Shown: positions 55,836-64,000 of the stretch, piece after piece
Layout: every line of letters begins with the position of its first letter
Numbering within the stretch: the first letter of the stretch is position 1
From: Paramoeba atlantica
Lineage: Eukaryota > Protista > Discosea
DNA: 64,000 nucleotides
NCBI GenBank assembly: GCA_977017575.1
Contig: CDRNVI010000010.1
Coordinates: forward strand, 62,001-126,000
Reading direction: 5' to 3'
The notes under the pieces: generated by a model
Told to the model about the DNA's origin: nothing
What the model saw: the letters and a program-made list of their open reading frames with translations, nothing else
Databases searched by the model: none
Made by a program: the position numbers and the translations under genes

Positions 55836-56230
55836 GGCCTCTCTCTAGGACACATTTATTCCCATGTAAACATGACTACTACTGTAGGTAAAACGAATAC
55901 TTTGCATTGTACAGTAGCTCGTAGCTTTGTAAATATATGCCAAGGTGATTTAGGCAAGTAGATAAGAGAAATGTACCATTCTTAATGTTTCAAATTCCCA
56001 ATTAGGGTCAAGAAAACGATGTAAAAGCAGTATGTTGTTTCTATTCTAGTCACAAAAATGGTGATAATCAAGCTAAAAAAAGCTACAGAAAATTATTATC
56101 GAGATAAAGTTCTCGCAAAATGACGGTTTTTGAGCAATTAAAAATGAAGTACAACACATTGTACTTCAGTAGAAAAGACGGTGTTGACCGAACAGTGGGA
56201 CGTGGAACGTTAAAAGTACTCTACCGAACT

Positions 56231-58645
56231 CTAAGTAGGAGCGAGGCTCGCCTTTGCAAGAATGGCTGCGACATCACGTGCCACTCCAGTTTTTCCAAGT
56301 GAAAAGTGATCTTCTAGAATTTCATTGTAAGTCTTCACATGATCTGTGGTCCTCTCTTTTCGATACTTCTTAGGCTTATATTCTCCTTTATTTTCGACCG
56401 TCATACAAAAGGTATTTTTTGACAATGAACCAAGACACTGTTTCGTAGTCCTCATTTTCTTTTCAAAACCGATGGCATTCTTGTCTACGCGAACGGCACG
56501 GGGGGTGAGTCCTCTTACAGTCATCTGCCTGGGATCGCGTACTCGACTCAGAGCCACGTAGGCAAGATGGTCGCAATTCCAATGATCGGAGAGGTCCAGA
56601 ACCACCTTCCCTTCGAGTGTCAGACCCTGTACCTTGTGTACGGTAAAAGCGTAGCCGAGACAGAGAGGAATACACACCAGAGAGATGCCAAAGTACTTAT
56701 CTATAGGCCTGCCTCCGATAACCATTGCGACGGGAGGAACCGTCATGGTCTCCCCGTTGGGGAACTCCACAATAGGATAGTGAAACACCGTCTCCCCGCG
56801 ACTCATCATCTCCTGCTCATAGAGTTCAATGCCCTGTTTGAAGTACTGTATCGAATATGTATTCTCTTTAGGAAGTTCTCCAAACCCCACCACGCGACCA
56901 ACGGAACCGTTTACCAGAGTATGCGAAAAATTCTTTCGTAACATAACGCGAACTCCTTTTTTTAAAAGGAACTCACGATGCATTGTTTCACTCCCCAGTT
57001 GACTTTGAAGTGGTCGTATGTACCGCGTCGGTACGATATGGGGACTTACTTCCTTCACAAATGTCGCACTGGTGATTTTCAAAACCTCTAACATTTTTAC
57101 GTACACCACATGCGAGAAACGCTTTGAGGGTACCGTAAACCCAGGACCGGGGTCAACTTCTCCAAGTCGGGCTCGAAAGCCTACCAGAAACCCTTTGCTC
57201 GTGACGCCCTCCTCCCTGGGCGCCACCACCTCATCCATCAGCAGGGCGCACGCCTCACACACCCCGGGGGGGACGCCAAAGTCCAAAAATATCCTCTCGA
57301 GCTTGTGCTCTACTTTTGCACGCATTTTGTTCATCCACATCCCCAGGTTCGCGTAGGGTATATTCACACGAAAGACGGCCACCTGGGTCCAGCACCCGAC
57401 CAGCTCCACGTCGCTGATAATACTCGAGTACCGCACCATGGGGCCCGGGGTACGGTGGAGCATGCGGTCGTTACGCTCCTGAGCCGGGGCGTTCTTGAAA
57501 TACAAATACGTCGCTTCCGGAATCTCCGGCAGGGGCTCGTCAAGCGAGAGGTGTTTCACACTCTCGTTGAACAGGTCGGTGTTTAAGACTCCTTTGCGGA
57601 GTTTCTGAAGCACGTGAAGAAAGTTGCTGTCCTTGGATTCCTCGAGATGGGCACGTAGCCTGTGGTTGGTGGTTAGTTTCACGTGCAGGAAGCGTTTCAT
57701 GAAGAGACGGCTTTTAAAGAGGGATTGGTTGCCAGGGACAGTGCCCAACTGAAGAAAATCACCACAAAGAATGATTTGCAAGCCACCAAACGGAGAATTA
57801 TTACCTCGCGCCGCTCGACAGCAACGATCTAATTTTTCGAGCATCTGCCAAGGGAGCATCGAAACCTCATCGATGAGGAGCGCATCGTATTGCTTCATGG
57901 CTGCCCTTCTGTTGACGTTAAAACCAAAAATGTGCTGTAGGGTGTTGCCATCGACATTGATGGCTGCTACCCCAGTGGTAGCTGTAACACACACGTCAAG
58001 CCCACGGGACATTAAAGTTTGCGCAATAAACCGAACCAGCGCAGTTTTCCCGGTACCAGCTGATCCCCCAATGTATATGTTATGACCCTTTATGACAAGT
58101 TCTAACACCGTTCGCTGTTCGTCGCATAGCGGAAGCTTTGTGATTTGTTTTCCGCACTTAAGAACCTGCTTCGCAGGAGCGTATTCGACCCCGTTCGTAG
58201 GATCTTCGGGGAGAGAGACTACTTCCCCTAACGAGAGATCACTTTCAGGAGGCCTGAGTGATAGAGAAATTGCTGCGTTGTCTATATTCATCACTGTATT
58301 TCTCGACATATCCATGTTTTGGAAGGCCACAGGTACGGTGGGACTTGCTAGTAAATAATTTTTAATACTGTCCTTGAATGATTCCAAGTTCGCGCTATTT
58401 AGTGCGTTCTCCTCAAGTGTTTTTCGCAATGTTGCAGGTAACTCCTTAAGATATTTAGAAAGGAATACAGAATGTCCTTTCCTTCTCAATATCGTCGATG
58501 CAGCATTCGAAAATTTGGACTCATCATCAATTGAGACTAATCCAGTTTCAGGATGGCGTAGAAATCCCATTTGTCGCATGCTGTGAGGTGTGCACGTACG
58601 AAAAGGTCTATGGTACTTTCTACAACGAGGGATGCTCCGGAACAT
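56231..58645 (-). CDS. PIF1-family DNA helicase, likely mitochondrial
   Basis: GSAGTGKT, ATTGVAA, IDEVSML, PFGGLQIILCGDFLQL, LVNGSVG, AFTVHKVQGLTL, YVALSR. Paralogue identity not assignable. Confidence 0.93.
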   Translation of the reverse strand: MFRSIPRCRKYHRPFRTCTPHSMRQMGFLRHPETGLVSIDDESKFSNAASTILRRKGHSVFLSKYLKELPATLRKTLEENALNSANLESFKDSIKNYLLASPTVPVAFQNMDMSRNTVMNIDNAAISLSLRPPESDLSLGEVVSLPEDPTNGVEYAPAKQVLKCGKQITKLPLCDEQRTVLELVIKGHNIYIGGSAGTGKTALVRFIAQTLMSRGLDVCVTATTGVAAINVDGNTLQHIFGFNVNRRAAMKQYDALLIDEVSMLPWQMLEKLDRCCRAARGNNSPFGGLQIILCGDFLQLGTVPGNQSLFKSRLFMKRFLHVKLTTNHRLRAHLEESKDSNFLHVLQKLRKGVLNTDLFNESVKHLSLDEPLPEIPEATYLYFKNAPAQERNDRMLHRTPGPMVRYSSIISDVELVGCWTQVAVFRVNIPYANLGMWMNKMRAKVEHKLERIFLDFGVPPGVCEACALLMDEVVAPREEGVTSKGFLVGFRARLGEVDPGPGFTVPSKRFSHVVYVKMLEVLKITSATFVKEVSPHIVPTRYIRPLQSQLGSETMHREFLLKKGVRVMLRKNFSHTLVNGSVGRVVGFGELPKENTYSIQYFKQGIELYEQEMMSRGETVFHYPIVEFPNGETMTVPPVAMVIGGRPIDKYFGISLVCIPLCLGYAFTVHKVQGLTLEGKVVLDLSDHWNCDHLAYVALSRVRDPRQMTVRGLTPRAVRVDKNAIGFEKKMRTTKQCLGSLSKNTFCMTVENKGEYKPKKYRKERTTDHVKTYNEILEDHFSLGKTGVARDVAAILAKASLAPT

Positions 58646-59063
58646 GATTTTTGGCGAGGATCTTAGAACTTTCTCACTGTAAATATAAATATTTTTGTAT
58701 CTACTGTTTCATGCAAAATTTTCATTTGCTTTGCGAATGGCTGGAATGTGAAAAGTGGAATTAGCCAAAAACCAATACAAAAATGTATTTATTTCTCTCA
58801 CCAGCTTCTCGACTGATCATAGTGTCTGTCCACTATCACATTATTTAATATCAATAATTAAGAAAGCTCGCCGAGTAGCGAGCTTCTGTGCATCGAGCAA
58901 ATTGGCATCGAGTAATTATATCGAATAATAGCAACACAACCATCATAAAGGGCTGCTAATATGTTTGCTGCATACATGTGTAGTGCAAGTCAGCTACCGC
59001 CCAGCAAATTCTGGATAGTGGAGTGTAAAGGTTACAAAGAAAAATTCTCTAAATTCTTTCAGA

Positions 59064-62000
59064 TTAGTCAAAAGATAAGTCATGCATACATGTAGGTGTT
59101 TTGTGACGGTAATTCACAGTTTTCTCTTTACACAATTTTCGTGTTGAATGGTTGGTAAATACGGGAATACGACGCTCCGGATTACGAGATAAACTTTCGT
59201 GTTGAACAAGAATTTTATGACTTATTCTGCGTGATTCTTTTCTGGAATCTATTTTAGGATCCCTAGACTTGCTTGAGAGACCCTTTTGCACATTTGATTC
59301 CACGATCTGAAGTCTGTGGGGTGATGTTACGTCCGTTTTACCACTTACCCGAGACGACAAAATTTGTCGACTCTTTCCGACCGTTTCATTTGGACGTAAG
59401 AATGACCTTTGTGCAGTACTTTGCTTTTGTTTACCTGATATTCTCAAGTTTTCCTTAATAGCTTTATGAGATTCAGAATTTCCAAAAGAAAACGGACCCG
59501 GTTCCAACACATCGCGTTTTCGGAGCAAAGCATTGCCGATTGTTTTTTCCTTAATCCCAATATGCGATTGCCTTGAGCTTGTGTAATTCTGTACCTTGGA
59601 GTAAGACTTTCTCTTTTGGGGTCGGGTTCTTGACTGTCTCTTTTCAATCCCAGTAAGCGATTGCCTTGATAGCGCAGAATTCTGCATCTTTGAATAAGAC
59701 TCTTTTTTCAGGGGTTGGGCACTTGCCTTCTTGTGCTTAGTCCCAATCTGCGACTGCCTTAGCATCGCTAAATTCTGCACCTCAGAGTAAAACGCTTTCT
59801 TTTGGGGTCGGATGTTTGACTGTCTATCTTCGGTCCCAATGTGCAGCTCCCTTGCTCTTGGAAAACTCTGCATCATCGGATAAAACTCCTTCCTTTGGGG
59901 TCGGGCGCTCGCCTTTTTGTTTCTAGTCCCAATCTGCGACTGCGCTGGGCTTGCAAAATTCTTCACCTTGGAGTAAGACTCTCTCTTTTGGGGTCGGGTG
60001 CTTGACTGTCTGTTTTCAATCCCAATGAGCGATTGCCTTGATAACGCAGAATTCTGCATCTTTGAATACGACTCCTTTTTCTGGGGTTGGGTGCTTGACT
60101 GCTTGTGTTCAGCCCCAATTTGCGTCTGCCTTGGTATCGCAAAATTCTGCACCTCAGGGTAAAACGCTTTCTTTTGGGGTCGGATGCTTGGCTGTCTGCT
60201 TTCAATCCCAATCTGCGACTGCGCTGGGCTCGCAAAATTCTGCACCTTGGAGTAAGACTCTCTCTTTTGGGGTCCGGTGCTAAACTGTCTATTTTTAGTC
60301 CCAATATCCGACCCCCTTGCTCTTGAAAAACTCTGCATCTTCGGATAAAACTCTTTCCTTTGGGGCTGGATGCTTGCCACCTTTTGATACTTTGATGAAC
60401 CCGGAGAATTACTGGAACTTATCTTAGATTTCTGTTTTAATCTCAAGGGCAACAAGCCAGCAATAGGAGAGATGAAGCTTCGAAGGGGAGATTTTTCTTC
60501 CCCCTTTTCAGACAGCCCTACATACTTTTTCTTGCATATTTTTCCGACTTCATTCCTCGGTACACTAGTCGACAGAGTTACAGACTTTCTGTGGGGGATT
60601 GATTTCGCTTTGGTATGATTTCGATCAACGCGATAAGAAGTCCTCGATATTCCACGGGATTCCGTTAACCCATGAGGGAGTGGTTTCGCTTTGCTCTGCC
60701 TTCGATCAACACGAGAAGAAGTCCTCGGTATTCCATCGGATTTCGTTGACCTAAGGGTTCCTCTGGCGACGATTTGCTTCACGTTCAATTTTTCACCCAT
60801 TCCGGATTTTGGTACGTTCTGCTCATTCGCGAGATACTTCTTTCTCGGTGCTTTGGAGACAGTTTTAACATTACCCTTTTTACGACTATGTTTGGCTCCT
60901 GTGTAAAGGAGCGAAACCATTTGAATAAGTGAAGATACTTCGCTTGTACACGCAACATTGCACTTGCGGAATATCTCAAACAATTTAGGAACATGCATGT
61001 GTTTCAAGAGACTACCCCTTGTAGATGACCCCGCAATAAGTGAAACGCCTAAAACCAGCGTGAGAACGCGACAAATTTCGCTCTTCTCCACATCAGACAG
61101 AGAAGTATTTTTGTTGCCAAGCAGTGCCGTCAGAACAATCAAAAGGTTTTCACAGTTCGGATTACCATTGCTTTCGTTAGCAGACTTCTCCCGAACATTC
61201 TCCACTTCCACGGAACGTGAATCAACAACAGCACGTTTCCCCGTATCAGTTTCCGATTTCTCTTTTGCAGCTACTCCCAACGTTGTATCTCCAGAACTTG
61301 TTTCCAAAACAGGCAGCACATTATCCGAAATAGTACCCGGCGGGTGGCTCTTCACACGCTCGGATTGACAAGTAAGTTTCGTACTCCCAGATGAATCCAA
61401 CGAGAGGCTCTGGGGTTCATCGTCCAAATCGACCTCCACAGATTCCACCATTGAGACAACCTTGGATGGGGTAGGAGTGGGTTTGCTGACCGACCCTGTT
61501 GGCTTCGTTGTGCTTGCCACAGGCTTTGGTGCAGATGCAGCAGGTTTCGGTGGAGCGGGTATGAAATCATCGTCCTCATCATCATCAAAGTTGAACTGTG
61601 GCTTGGAGGCAACCTTGGATGGGGTAGGAGTGGGTTTGCTGACCGTCTCTCCTGGCTTCCTTGTGCTTGCCACAGGTTTTGGTACGGATACAGAAGGTTT
61701 CGGTGGAGCGGGTATGAAGTCATCGTCTTCATCATCAAAGCTGAGCTGTGGCTTGGAGGCAACCTTGGATGAGGTAGGAGTGGGTTTGCTGACCGTCTCT
61801 GTTGGCATCGCTGTGCTCGCCCCAGGTTTTGGTACAGATGTAGCAGGTTTCGGTGGAGCGGGTATGAAGTCATCGTCCTCATCATCATCAAAGTTGAACT
61901 GTGGCTTGGAGGCAACCTTGGATGGGGTAGGAGTGGGTTTGCTGACCGTCTCTGTTGACTTCGTTGTGCTTGCTACAGGCTTTGGTGCAGATGTAGCAGG

Positions 62001-64000
62001 TTTCGGTGGAGCGGGTATGAAGTCATCGTCTTCATCATCAAAGCTGAGCTGTGGCTTGGAGGCAACCTTGGATGGGGCAGGAGTGGGTTTGCTGACCGTC
62101 TCTGTTGGCATCGCTGTGCTCGCCCCAGGTTTTGGTACAGATGTAGCAGGTTTCGGTGGAGCGGGTATGAAATCATCGTCCTCATCATCATCAAAGCTGA
62201 ACTGTGGCTTGGAGGCAACCTTGGATGGGGTAGGAGTGGGTTTGCTGACTGTTTCTCCTCGCTTCGTTGTGCTTGCCACAGGCTTTGGTGCAGACGCAGC
62301 AGGTTTCGGTGGAGCGGGTATGAAGTCATCGTCCTCATCATCATCAAAGCTGAGCTGTGGCTTGGAGGCAACCTTGGATGGGATAGGAGTGGGTTTGCTG
62401 ACCGTCTCTGTTGACTTCGTTGTGCTTGCTACAGGCTTTGGTGCAGATGCAGCAGGTTTCGGTGGAGCGGGTATGAAGTCATCGTCCTCATCATCATCAA
62501 AGCTGAGCTGTGGCTTGGAGGCAACCTTGGATGGGATAGGAGTGGGTTTGCTGACCGTCTCTGTTGACTTCGTTGTGCTTGCTACAGGCTTTGGTGCAGA
62601 TGTAGCAGGTTTCGGTGGAGCGGGTATGAAGTCATCGTCCTGATCATCATCAAAGCTGGACTGTGGCTTGGAGGCAACCTTGGATGGGATAGGAGTGGGT
62701 TTGCTGACCGTCTCTGTTGACTTCGTTGTGCTTGCTACAGGCTTTGGTGCAGATGTAGCAGGTTTCGGTGGAGCGGGTATGAAGTCATCGTCCTCATCAT
62801 CATCAAAGCTGAGCTGTGGCTTGGAGGCAACCTTGGATGGGATAGGAGTGGGTTTGCTGACCGTCTCTGTTGACTTCGTTGTGCTTGCTACAGGCTTTGG
62901 TGCAGATGCAGCAGGTTTCGGTGGAGCGGGTATGAAGTCATCGTCCTCATCATCATCAAAGCTGAGCTGTGGCTTGGAGGCAACCTTGGATGGGATAGGA
63001 GTGGGTTTGCTGACCGTCTCTGTTGACTTCGTTGTGCTTGCTACAGGCTTTGGTGCAGATGTAGCAGGTTTCGGTGGAGCGGGTATGAAGTCATCGTCCT
63101 GATCATCATCAAAGCTGGACTGTGGCTTGGAGGCAACCTTGGATGGGATAGGAGTGGGTTTGCTGACCGTCTCTGTTGACTTCGTTGTGCTTGCTACAGG
63201 CTTTGGTGCAGATGTAGCAGGTTTCGGTGGAGCGGGTATGAAGTCATCGTCCTCATCATCATCAAAGCTGAACTGTGGCTTGGAGGCAACCTTGGATGAG
63301 GTAGGAGTGGGTTTGCTGACCGTCTCTGTTGACTTCGTTGTGCTCGCCACAGGCTTTGGTGCAGATGCAACAGGTTTCGGTGGAGCGGGTATGAAGTCAT
63401 CGTCTTCATCATCAAAGCTGAACTGTGGTTTGGAGGCAACCTTGGATGAGGTAGGAGTGGGTTTGCTGACCGTCTCTGTTGGCTTCGTTGTGCTTGCTAC
63501 AGGCTTTGGTGCAGATGTAGCAGGTTTCGGTGGAGCGGGTATGAAGTCATCGTCCTCATCATCATCAAAGCTGAACTGTGGCTTGGAGGCAACCTTGGAT
63601 GGGGCAGGAGCGGGTTTGCTGACCGACCCTGTTGGCTTCGTTGTGCTTGCCACAGGCTTTGGTGCAGATGTAGCAGGTTTCGGTGGAGCGGGTATGAAAT
63701 CATCGTCCTCATCATCATCAAAGCTGAGCTGTGGCTTGGAGGCAACCTTGGATGAGGTAGGAGTGGGTTTGCTGACCGTCTCTGTTGGCTTTGCTGTGCT
63801 CGCCACAGGCTTTGGTGCAGATGCAACAGGTTTCGGTGGAGCGGGTATGAAGTCATCGTCTTCATCATCAAAGCTGAACTGTGGCTTGGAGGCAACCTTG
63901 GATGGGGTAGGAGTGGGTTTGCTGACCGTCTCTGTTGACTTCGTTGTGCTCGCCACAGGTTTTGGTACAGATGCAGCAGGTTTCGGTGGAGCGGGTATGA
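59064..64000 (-). CDS. Large repetitive protein (5' end outside the window)
   Basis: More than 1630 codons open to the window edge. 16 copies of a 50-51 aa P/K/S/T-rich repeat ending F(S/N)FDDDEDDDF-like, then a basic half with 9 copies of a 31-aa repeat. Confidence 0.85.
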   Translation of the reverse strand, partial: IPAPPKPAASVPKPVASTTKSTETVSKPTPTPSKVASKPQFSFDDEDDDFIPAPPKPVASAPKPVASTAKPTETVSKPTPTSSKVASKPQLSFDDDEDDDFIPAPPKPATSAPKPVASTTKPTGSVSKPAPAPSKVASKPQFSFDDDEDDDFIPAPPKPATSAPKPVASTTKPTETVSKPTPTSSKVASKPQFSFDDEDDDFIPAPPKPVASAPKPVASTTKSTETVSKPTPTSSKVASKPQFSFDDDEDDDFIPAPPKPATSAPKPVASTTKSTETVSKPTPIPSKVASKPQSSFDDDQDDDFIPAPPKPATSAPKPVASTTKSTETVSKPTPIPSKVASKPQLSFDDDEDDDFIPAPPKPAASAPKPVASTTKSTETVSKPTPIPSKVASKPQLSFDDDEDDDFIPAPPKPATSAPKPVASTTKSTETVSKPTPIPSKVASKPQSSFDDDQDDDFIPAPPKPATSAPKPVASTTKSTETVSKPTPIPSKVASKPQLSFDDDEDDDFIPAPPKPAASAPKPVASTTKSTETVSKPTPIPSKVASKPQLSFDDDEDDDFIPAPPKPAASAPKPVASTTKRGETVSKPTPTPSKVASKPQFSFDDDEDDDFIPAPPKPATSVPKPGASTAMPTETVSKPTPAPSKVASKPQLSFDDEDDDFIPAPPKPATSAPKPVASTTKSTETVSKPTPTPSKVASKPQFNFDDDEDDDFIPAPPKPATSVPKPGASTAMPTETVSKPTPTSSKVASKPQLSFDDEDDDFIPAPPKPSVSVPKPVASTRKPGETVSKPTPTPSKVASKPQFNFDDDEDDDFIPAPPKPAASAPKPVASTTKPTGSVSKPTPTPSKVVSMVESVEVDLDDEPQSLSLDSSGSTKLTCQSERVKSHPPGTISDNVLPVLETSSGDTTLGVAAKEKSETDTGKRAVVDSRSVEVENVREKSANESNGNPNCENLLIVLTALLGNKNTSLSDVEKSEICRVLTLVLGVSLIAGSSTRGSLLKHMHVPKLFEIFRKCNVACTSEVSSLIQMVSLLYTGAKHSRKKGNVKTVSKAPRKKYLANEQNVPKSGMGEKLNVKQIVARGTLRSTKSDGIPRTSSRVDRRQSKAKPLPHGLTESRGISRTSYRVDRNHTKAKSIPHRKSVTLSTSVPRNEVGKICKKKYVGLSEKGEEKSPLRSFISPIAGLLPLRLKQKSKISSSNSPGSSKYQKVASIQPQRKEFYPKMQSFSRARGSDIGTKNRQFSTGPQKRESYSKVQNFASPAQSQIGIESRQPSIRPQKKAFYPEVQNFAIPRQTQIGAEHKQSSTQPQKKESYSKMQNSALSRQSLIGIENRQSSTRPQKRESYSKVKNFASPAQSQIGTRNKKASARPQRKEFYPMMQSFPRARELHIGTEDRQSNIRPQKKAFYSEVQNLAMLRQSQIGTKHKKASAQPLKKESYSKMQNSALSRQSLTGIEKRQSRTRPQKRKSYSKVQNYTSSRQSHIGIKEKTIGNALLRKRDVLEPGPFSFGNSESHKAIKENLRISGKQKQSTAQRSFLRPNETVGKSRQILSSRVSGKTDVTSPHRLQIVESNVQKGLSSKSRDPKIDSRKESRRISHKILVQHESLSRNPERRIPVFTNHSTRKLCKEKTVNYRHKTPTCMHDLSFD
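59540..60365 (-). repeat. 93-bp degenerate coding repeat (PQK(R/K)ESYSK.QN...Q..IG), 9 copies
   Basis: Visible in the translation at a 31-aa period. Confidence 0.85.
61462..64000 (-). repeat. 153-bp (150-bp variant) coding tandem repeat
   Basis: GGTATGAAGTCATCGTCC recurs 153 bp apart (e.g. 62470 and 62623). Confidence 0.95.

Noticed and set aside
61462-63102. Plus-strand 393-aa and 144-aa repeat ORFs
   Set aside because: They are antisense shadows of the coding repeat and are broken by TGA wherever the unit varies.

Overview
This window is eukaryotic and kinetoplastid-type. About 24 intron-free housekeeping genes all lie on the minus strand, as in a polycistronic unit. They include a kinetoplastid-type ATP synthase epsilon, a KREH2-like RNA-editing helicase, a PIF1 helicase, ValRS, UBC9, proteasome subunits, RPS15, DRE2, kinesin-14 and DPH7. 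Unlike trypanosomatid genomes, the gene array is interrupted by many DNA transposons whose ends and target-site duplications (TSDs) can be read from the sequence. These are a hAT element (6-bp TSD) with nested Tc1 and pogo elements, a pogo element carrying a Ulp1/SENP-type protease, a GG-terminal 9-bp-TSD MITE (Merlin- or MULE-like) and several TA-flanked MITEs. A ~10 kb gene-free island (41.6-51.9 kb) holds a lone spliced-leader (SL) RNA gene candidate, a Y-shaped RNA-like structure, a decayed RT/REL-endonuclease retrotransposon and a 178-bp satellite amplified from inside a MITE. Other oddities are a trimeric dUTPase, a degenerate transhydrogenase alpha subunit, and a C-to-G synonymous skew flip inside GC-rich genes. 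The lineage guess (early-branching kinetoplastid, e.g. Perkinsela- or bodonid-like) is inference only. No database searches were run.
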